Shown in pieces: positions 58,101 to 64,000 of a DNA stretch of 64,000 nucleotides; position 1 is the first letter of the stretch; every line of letters starts with the position of its first letter. A program made the translations under genes and the position numbers. The stretch is taken from the IMG/VR virus record IMGVR_UViG_3300042466_000764. The stretch is one strand, 5' to 3'. The DNA is from an uncultured virus (IMG/VR IMGVR_UViG_3300042466_000764) (lineage: Duplodnaviria; Heunggongvirae; Uroviricota; Caudoviricetes). Under the pieces are notes generated by a model, which had not been told where the DNA came from, searched no databases, and was given only the letters and a program-made list of their open reading frames with translations.

Positions 58101-58742
58101 AAAAATGATACCAGTAACTTTACATACACGCCAGTTCAAATATTTCAAGTAAATACATCAAACTCTTCTATTAATTTTTATATTGTGGCAAATGGCGATT
58201 CTGGACAAAGAGCAAAAATATACGCGATAGATTCAAAAACTGGTCAATTACAAAATGGCATATCATACTATTTAAATGGACTGCTAGTTGCTAATCCAGT
58301 AATTGACAATAAAAACTGGTATTTTTTAAGCATATCTTTTGCAAACGCTTTAACATTTAACTCATTTACTGGATCTATAAGTTTAAACGGTCCATTGGTC
58401 TATAATCACATATCGTATTATAAGTTAACTGGTTTGCAACAAAAACAATCGTCTATTACTAGAATTTGGGATGAGGTAAAGCAGCAGTATGTGCTTGGAG
58501 CAGAGGAACCATTTGATTTTGATTGGGATTTTTGGAACCAGGGATATTTGTGGTTTGGTGTATTAATTAAGACATCTTCTTCAGATTTTGGAGATACTTC
58601 TTCAAATATTTACAAAACATACATGGGAACTAACAAAATTATTGTTGGAAATGATGGAGAAAGACAGTTGTTGGCACAAAGTTACGATAATCCTATTCAT
58701 ATTGGTTCTTCGTGGCAACAATATATCCTCAATCCAACATAA
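55143..58742 (+). CDS. large virion protein (LamG/ConA-like segments)
   Basis: Y...I.SEHP.A.W.LD; YTVEMW; lies just upstream of the portal gene. Confidence 0.55.
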   Translation: MSNPSNLYAEKIFSEHPVALWALDDKSDYVMLLNNTDKDISLWDITNGTISEETSLPTQPFISESLYKMVGVPSTTLDKVATLTSNNVINFLDFNSDLDTFVLSCYFYSNSLHLKSVAIGFKYTDVSTSESVEVLKNVPISVSGKWFLLSETFKKINQNTTMQVVIKIGYSASLSGSEEYEFLLNGLSLGQWSEEFNNYSMGSEIVSIPTDISIESSDGIIAKSYGSDINYGYYLANNNKIYAQNFGVPLVYGASNVTKLYPNINEDETAKPSIIFPGFGFLNEFGRYSTYTVEMWLRFGVDTLESKRIFGPINSNDGLYVDDCFLTLVIGNQFKSIYVGEWSRPMLVQIVYSESKVFLFLNGEKVIDIDIDNSTITLLPKLDESDKDQDWLGFYCYTDIYPFELDCFAIYPYVVPEIIAKKRWVYGQAVKSSESIDSAYSGKSAFIDYSFSNYGTNYDYPNIGKWQQGKIDNLNVTSSYLSNPDYSLPNINVENINDWYEELYTLQDEDYPFVTFADQNGSFVFENLNILNNDIKSFHGIFKTASLLNSTLVMIKNKNNSDFFKIYTTDSGDIFYKINVSGTETTLHQTQYVVDQYLEIGVDLEKITSHFGKNIATFFGNKNALKLILLNNDSNDSCFSQKMYRFGFSTKNNHKLFSTHFENNGILEDNGNINAHMFNDLASYTLMPSVRYGKYYLDIGVSGYWEDYVPLKYFAKYITNSSGKKEYGLDYIQYNINFPSPSIFKPVEDAGGWTYGNLNALFAAPLQQTYEVLDNSLFTGYNNYDDLQYNRSDLSYEYDSVNSLVKSYVSFQFTTTGLNKKFESFTTVAPALKSGILNLDNYPDWQNTIFLVQNDTIIYPPSSVKFEDLAISVHLDFSVKSTINRKIKIKNLELSSRSLDEDASTPINTKSGTKLYPYIKNGIYNDYKGKNPISIYKKSNPYLHLTRYSGIKLKGDFNSYQNRGISMLINENKDSLFSVSTIQLAIKNDTSNFTYTPVQIFQVNTSNSSINFYIVANGDSGQRAKIYAIDSKTGQLQNGISYYLNGLLVANPVIDNKNWYFLSISFANALTFNSFTGSISLNGPLVYNHISYYKLTGLQQKQSSITRIWDEVKQQYVLGAEEPFDFDWDFWNQGYLWFGVLIKTSSSDFGDTSSNIYKTYMGTNKIIVGNDGERQLLAQSYDNPIHIGSSWQQYILNPT

Positions 58743-58754
58743 TATGGTATACTA

Positions 58755-59156
58755 ATGGTTATGAATAATCAAAATCCAAACAAAAAAAGAAAACCTCGTA
58801 TGAAAGGCCAAATTGGCGACTCTAAAATAACCTTTATTGAAAAGAACTATGATTGGGGCGTTTATGTTTGGAAAAGAGCCAATGGTAAGTGGTTCACTGA
58901 TGGAGAGGGTAATATTTTAAATATACCAGCCGTAAAACACGATATTGCCGCTTTAGCCGAAATAAAAAAGACAGCAGCATATTATGGAGAACCAGATGGA
59001 GAGGCTGTATTTTTTCCAGGTATGGGAAGAGTATCAGACGAAGAGTATTCCGAACAAGTAGATAGAATGAAAGCGGGATTAATCCCTAACCTTAATGATC
59101 TTGGTGCAGTAGCAGCAGCCAAAGCAACAATTGCAAAATATGGCGATGAAGAATAA
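58755..59156 (+). CDS. conserved protein upstream of portal
   Basis: Coupled to the portal start. Confidence 0.65.
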   Translation: MVMNNQNPNKKRKPRMKGQIGDSKITFIEKNYDWGVYVWKRANGKWFTDGEGNILNIPAVKHDIAALAEIKKTAAYYGEPDGEAVFFPGMGRVSDEEYSEQVDRMKAGLIPNLNDLGAVAAAKATIAKYGDEE

Positions 59157-60751
59157 TGAGTGAAGAATTTAACTATGTTATTGGTGCTAGGATAGACGAA
59201 AACGAACAAGCAGTTAATGCATTTGCTGGTTCAGACCCATTTAGCAAAAACTGGGAAGAGTTAAAAAACTATTCTGGTTTGGATAATAACTTTAAACGTC
59301 GTGCAGCAAGAATGTCCAAGGCTCTAGTAGATACAACCCAACAATCTTATATTGACAGATCAATTGCAGTTCCACAAGGTATTGATGGTGCTCGCTCTAA
59401 TCAGATAAATCCTGGTAACGTATTTAGAAATGGTTATGGACTATTTGACGTAATCACACCACCATGGAATGTTTATGAACTTGCCAACTACTATGACACA
59501 TCCTTTGCAAACCATGCAGCCATTGATGCTAAGGTTGAAAATATTGTAGGTTTGGGATATGATTTTGATATATCAAAAAGAACAATGCTCAAATTAGAGA
59601 ATTCCTCAAATGACGAATCAGTAAGTCGTGCAAGAAACAGAATTGAAAGAGCAAAAGTAGAGTTACGTGATTGGCTAGAAAGTTTAAACGCAGATGACTC
59701 TTTTACCACAACAATGGAAAAGATATACACAGATGTTCAAGCAATTGGTAATGGATACATGGAAATTGGTAGAACCACTCGTGGTGAAATTGGATACGTT
59801 GGTCATATTCCAGCAACCACAATGCGTTGTCGCAGACTAAGAGATGGATACGTACAGGTTATTGCAAACAAGGTAGTTTACTTTAGAAACTTTGGTGCTA
59901 CAAATTCAAACCCAGTAACTGAAGATCGTAGACCAAACGAAATTATTCATTTTAAACAATACTCACCATTAAACACATTCTATGGTGTTCCAGACATTAT
60001 TTCAGCAATATCATCTCTACACGGTGATCAACTGGCTTCACAATACAATATTGACTACTTTGGTAACAAGGCAGTTCCAAGATACGTAGTAACTATGAAG
60101 GGTGCCAAACTATCTGCAGACGCAGAAGACAAGATGTTTAGATTTTTACAAACTGGATTAAAGGGTCAAAACCATAGAACTTTGTACATACCTCTTCCTG
60201 GAGATACAGAAAATAACAAGGTAGAGTTTAAGATGGAACCTATTGAATCTGGGGTACAAGAGGGATCATTTAAGGAATATAGAAAACAAAACCGTGATGA
60301 CATCTTGGTGGCACATCAAGTACCGCTTTCAAAACTAGGTGGATCAGACTCAGGGGCAATTGCAGCAGCATTGGCTCAAGATAGAACATTTAAAGAGCAG
60401 GTAGCCAGACCAGCACAGGCTCAACTAGAAAAACAAATTAATAAGATCATACGCGAGAAACAAGACGTACTAGAGTTTAAGTTTAATGAACTTACTTTGA
60501 CAGATGAAATAGCACAATCACAAATTCTTGAAAGATATGTAAAAACACAGATTATGATGCCTAATGAGGCAAGAGTGGCACTGGGTCTTCCACAAAGAGA
60601 CGGTGGAGACGAACCATTTGTAGCCAAACCAGAGACTATGAATAATGATGCCAATCGTGCAAGAGATGGCGAAAGACTTAATAATCAGTCCGATGGATCT
60701 GCAACTGTAAGTGGTAGAAATCCAAAGGGCGAGGGTAGATCTTCAACCTAG
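59156..60751 (+). CDS. portal protein
   Basis: GNGY.E..R...G.....H.P...EIIHF...YGVP...YF.N.AVP...PNEAR..LG. Confidence 0.92.
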   Translation: MSEEFNYVIGARIDENEQAVNAFAGSDPFSKNWEELKNYSGLDNNFKRRAARMSKALVDTTQQSYIDRSIAVPQGIDGARSNQINPGNVFRNGYGLFDVITPPWNVYELANYYDTSFANHAAIDAKVENIVGLGYDFDISKRTMLKLENSSNDESVSRARNRIERAKVELRDWLESLNADDSFTTTMEKIYTDVQAIGNGYMEIGRTTRGEIGYVGHIPATTMRCRRLRDGYVQVIANKVVYFRNFGATNSNPVTEDRRPNEIIHFKQYSPLNTFYGVPDIISAISSLHGDQLASQYNIDYFGNKAVPRYVVTMKGAKLSADAEDKMFRFLQTGLKGQNHRTLYIPLPGDTENNKVEFKMEPIESGVQEGSFKEYRKQNRDDILVAHQVPLSKLGGSDSGAIAAALAQDRTFKEQVARPAQAQLEKQINKIIREKQDVLEFKFNELTLTDEIAQSQILERYVKTQIMMPNEARVALGLPQRDGGDEPFVAKPETMNNDANRARDGERLNNQSDGSATVSGRNPKGEGRSST

Positions 60752-60800
60752 TTACACTGTTTATAACATGTTTATAACTTGTGTATAAAAGGGCTCTATA

Positions 60801-62129
60801 ATGTATAGTACGATGTCTATATTAAAAGCCCAATGGAATACAGAAGGCGAGAATGTCCGCCTTTCTATGCCTTTTAGTAAGGTTGATAAACAACGCCGCA
60901 TTGTTTCAGGCTTTGCCTCATTAGATAACTTAGATCGTCAAATGGACATTGTAACTACAGAAGCCAGCATGAAGGCATTTGAAAACTTTCGAGGTAACAT
61001 AAGAGAAATGCATCAACCATTAGCAGTAGGCAAAATGGTTTCATTTAAGCAAGACAAATATTTTGATTCAGAGTCAAAGAAGTTTTATAACGGTGTTTTC
61101 GTTTCCGCTTATGTCTCTAAAGGTGCTCAAAGCACATGGGAAAAGGTTTTGGATGGCACACTAACAGGTTTTTCTATTGGTGGAAAAATGAACAAATGGG
61201 ACGACGCTTTTGATGAGAAGTTAGATTCTCAAATTAGAATTATTAAAGATTATGATCTTGTTGAGTTAAGTCTTGTAGACTCTCCAGCAAATGAATTTGC
61301 AAACATTATGTCTGTTGAAAAAGTAGACGGAGTTGCAGTAATTAAAGGTGATAATACAACCTTAGAAAATGTTTTTTGGGATTCAGAAACTGGAATTGTT
61401 ATGGTTTCAGAAAATGAAAAAGAAATCAGTCCAACAACTGGCAATGAAATGAAAAATATAGGATTCGTTGAAAAAACGGATAATGAAAAAATCAATATGA
61501 TAAAGTTCTTAGTCGATAGTGCTAAAGGCATTACCACTTCTAAGATTACCAAGGAGGTAAGTCCTATGACAGAAACAACAGAAGTAGTAGCAGAGATTGT
61601 TGAAAAATCTGATATTGCAGTTGAAAATGTTGAGGTTGCTCCAGAGGCAGATGCCGTAGTTGATGCTCCTGTTACAGAAGTTGTTGCAGAAGATGCACCA
61701 GCAGCGGAAACAGTTGTGGAAGCAGAAAAAGCAGACACAGTTGAAGCAGTAGCAGAAGTTATTGAAGAAGTTGCTACAGAAGTATCTAAAGCAGACGATG
61801 TTATTGTTGAGGCAGTAACAGAAGTTAAGAATACTCTTACATCAGCCTTTAGCGATCTACTTGCAACAGTAAAGTCTTTACAGACAGAAGTTGCAGATTT
61901 AAACAAACAAGTTGCTGACACAAAGTCACAAATTGTTAATACACAAAATGCACTAGTTGAAACAAACGGTGCAGTTAACGAGTTTGGAAAGAGAATGGAA
62001 TCAGTAGAATCTGATACCGCTTTCCGAAAGTCTGGCGATCTCGGCGAGGTCGTACAGTTACAACCAGTAATGGTTGAGAAATCCCTATGGGGCGGACGTT
62101 TCCTCAAAACAGCCGATCTATTCAGATAG
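60801..62129 (+). CDS. prohead protease with fused acidic scaffold domain
   Basis: RIVSGFAS....D.Q.D...REMH...G.LTGFSIGG...ELSLVDSPAN; acidic coiled-coil C-terminal half. Confidence 0.88.
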   Translation: MYSTMSILKAQWNTEGENVRLSMPFSKVDKQRRIVSGFASLDNLDRQMDIVTTEASMKAFENFRGNIREMHQPLAVGKMVSFKQDKYFDSESKKFYNGVFVSAYVSKGAQSTWEKVLDGTLTGFSIGGKMNKWDDAFDEKLDSQIRIIKDYDLVELSLVDSPANEFANIMSVEKVDGVAVIKGDNTTLENVFWDSETGIVMVSENEKEISPTTGNEMKNIGFVEKTDNEKINMIKFLVDSAKGITTSKITKEVSPMTETTEVVAEIVEKSDIAVENVEVAPEADAVVDAPVTEVVAEDAPAAETVVEAEKADTVEAVAEVIEEVATEVSKADDVIVEAVTEVKNTLTSAFSDLLATVKSLQTEVADLNKQVADTKSQIVNTQNALVETNGAVNEFGKRMESVESDTAFRKSGDLGEVVQLQPVMVEKSLWGGRFLKTADLFR

Positions 62130-62153
62130 AAAAATCACGTGGAGGTGAAATAT

Positions 62154-63299
62154 ATGTCGGAAGAAATAATTAAAAATCAGCCAGGAACATCAGGCGATCT
62201 AGGTGGAACAGCACCTGGAACAGCCCAAGCACAAGGTGCATTCGCATCTGGTTCTGATGCTGGTGAAAACGTAGCAGGCAACTATGCAAACGGTGGTGTT
62301 TTAGGTAACATCGCAGAAGCATCATTTGGCTCTACATCAGGAGTTAACGCAGTAAATCCTTCAGGTGATACTGGAAGCGGTATCTTACGCCCTGAACAAG
62401 CACGTCGTTTTATAGACTATGTGTGGGACGCAACTGTATTGGCTAAAGATGGTCGCAGAGTGACCATGAAAGCAAACACAATGGAACTTGAAAAAGTTAA
62501 CGTTGGAGAACGTGTAATCCGTGCAGCCTCACAAGGCTTAGGCGAATACACAAACGCTGGTGCAACATTCTCAAAAGTTGAATTAACTACAAAGAAAATT
62601 CGCTTAGACTGGGAAGTATCATCAGAAGCACTTGAAGACAATATTGAAGGTGCAGCATTGGAAGATCATATCGTAAGATTGATGACCAACGCATTCGGTA
62701 ATGATATCGAAGACCTTGCAATTAACGGAACAGGAACAGGTTCAAATGCTTTCACTAGCATCATGAACGGTTTCGTAAATCAAGTAACAGCGAACACTTC
62801 AGCAGCACACGAGTCAGTAGCCAACGTAGTATCAAATGCTTGGACAACAAACACACTGCAAGATATAATTCTTGCAATGCCACGTAAGTACCGTGCACTT
62901 AAGAATAATCTTAAGTTCTACGCAGGTACAGACGTTTTCCAAGGTATTGTTAAAAACAATGGTACTCTTGCCGATGCAATTGCCGAAGCCTTTGTAAATA
63001 AAGGTCCAGGTACAGAAGCAAATCGTCAAGCATACCTTGATGGTAACGCACAAACATTCGGAGGAGCACGTACAACACGTGTACTCGGAATTGATGTTCA
63101 AGAAGTTCCTTACTACCCTGCAGGATATGTCGATTTGACATTCCCTGCTAACCGTGTATGGGGTTTCCAACGCGACATCACAGTTAACCGCGAATACAGA
63201 CCAAAGAAAGATACTGTAGAATATACAGTTTTCGTTCGTTTCGGTATTCAATGGGAAGAACTAGATGCAGTCGCTTATGCGGATGCAGCAGGCGAATAG
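62154..63299 (+). CDS. major capsid protein (HK97 fold)
   Basis: GGAGG RBS; G.L.PEQA..FI...L...K.RL.WE.S.E.LEDNIEG...D.EDLAING. Confidence 0.92.
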   Translation: MSEEIIKNQPGTSGDLGGTAPGTAQAQGAFASGSDAGENVAGNYANGGVLGNIAEASFGSTSGVNAVNPSGDTGSGILRPEQARRFIDYVWDATVLAKDGRRVTMKANTMELEKVNVGERVIRAASQGLGEYTNAGATFSKVELTTKKIRLDWEVSSEALEDNIEGAALEDHIVRLMTNAFGNDIEDLAINGTGTGSNAFTSIMNGFVNQVTANTSAAHESVANVVSNAWTTNTLQDIILAMPRKYRALKNNLKFYAGTDVFQGIVKNNGTLADAIAEAFVNKGPGTEANRQAYLDGNAQTFGGARTTRVLGIDVQEVPYYPAGYVDLTFPANRVWGFQRDITVNREYRPKKDTVEYTVFVRFGIQWEELDAVAYADAAGE

Positions 63300-63320
63300 C
63301 CTAATCTGTAATACAATTTT

Positions 63321-63353
63321 AAGGGGAGTAGGATTAATTTCTTACTCCCTTTA
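63321..63353 (+). terminator. intrinsic terminator after the capsid gene
   Basis: AAGGGGAGTAGGA...TCTTACTCCCTTT hairpin. Confidence 0.7.
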
Positions 63354-63392
63354 ATATTTAATTAAATGATATAATACTACAAGGAGGAATAT

Positions 63393-63833
63393 ATGTCAGA
63401 ATTAGACAAAGATTTAAATCTACAAACACCAGAAACAGTTGAAGAAAATACTATTCAAGACGCAGTTGTTGAAGATATTGTAGAAGAAGTTATAGAAGAA
63501 ATCCAACCAGCATTGTTAGCCCCAGGCGAAGCATTAATTCCAGAAGATAAAAAACAAGCAGTTCAAGACCTTGTTGAAGGACTTGCTCCATTATCAACTG
63601 GTGCCATTGGTGTTGGAAAACAACCAAGAACTAAAAAAGAAAAACCTGCTGAACCTAAACAAGGTAAAGAAAAAGTTGCAATTAAGTCAACTAAGAACGT
63701 ATCCTGGATGGGTGTAGGCCAAGTAAAAGTTGGTATCAACTACGTATCCGCAGAGGAAGCAAAAGAATGGTCAACACGTAATCACATTACAGTTTTGAAA
63801 CCAGAAGACGTTGCAAGGGAATACGGCTTATAA
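63393..63833 (+). CDS. hypothetical virion-associated protein
   Basis: AAGGAGG RBS and its own promoter. Confidence 0.65.
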   Translation: MSELDKDLNLQTPETVEENTIQDAVVEDIVEEVIEEIQPALLAPGEALIPEDKKQAVQDLVEGLAPLSTGAIGVGKQPRTKKEKPAEPKQGKEKVAIKSTKNVSWMGVGQVKVGINYVSAEEAKEWSTRNHITVLKPEDVAREYGL

Positions 63834-63836
63834 ACA

Positions 63837-64000
63837 ATGGAAGCATTAAGGGTTCCACCATACCCACTAACACTAAAGTTTGATGTCCCAACAAGTGGAG
63901 ATATCTACACTCTTAGATTACAGGATTTGGTGGAACACTTTGTTGAAGAATCAAATATAACTTCAGCAAACTTACAAATAACATATGTAATACCATTATC
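63837..64000 (+). CDS. partial CDS, probably a head-completion protein
   Basis: MEALRVPPYPL... runs off the end of the window. Confidence 0.5.
   Translation, partial: MEALRVPPYPLTLKFDVPTSGDIYTLRLQDLVEHFVEESNITSANLQITYVIPL

Noticed and set aside
61250..62107. 285-aa minus-strand ORF
   Set aside because: Antisense shadow of the biased scaffold coding sequence; no RBS or recognisable motif
1..64000. Alternative genetic code
   Set aside because: Genes are full length and densely packed under the standard code, and all three stop codons are used

Overview
A 64-kb segment of a large, AT-rich tailed phage that very probably infects Actinobacteria. Evidence for the host is WhiB, an M23 peptidase, many leaderless genes and actinobacterial-type regulator boxes. 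Layout: (i) 1-21.7 kb is an auxiliary region with SpeD, WhiB, Hsp20, two RsmI-like methylases, glycosyl-, nucleotidyl- and methyltransferases, and several 2OG-Fe(II) oxygenases. (ii) 21.7-33.8 kb is an early-type region of small ORFs transcribed divergently from about 32.1 kb, with two tRNAs, DUF932 and GP88 genes, and very dense non-coding grammar. (iii) 34-38.3 kb holds sugar and oxygenase genes and an AT-rich element. (iv) 38.4-64 kb holds virion genes (tail fibres, portal, protease/scaffold, major capsid) with a class II RNR inserted. Most notable: (1) a two-gene module present twice, made of a fibre with a shared C-terminal domain followed by a protein carrying five (VFGFSPFx) octapeptide repeats fused to a non-canonical Hint/intein-like domain; (2) four copies of a covarying H-type RNA pseudoknot; (3) seven copies of a fixed-spacing G-tract/CGTAA/GCTCGGGC element, mostly next to a TGTCAG-N10-TANNNT promoter class and decorated with DnaA-, CRP- and PhoP-like boxes; (4) two symmetric TGAGCCTAGCAAATAA twin elements. 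All family calls come from motif recognition by eye, and no database search was run.
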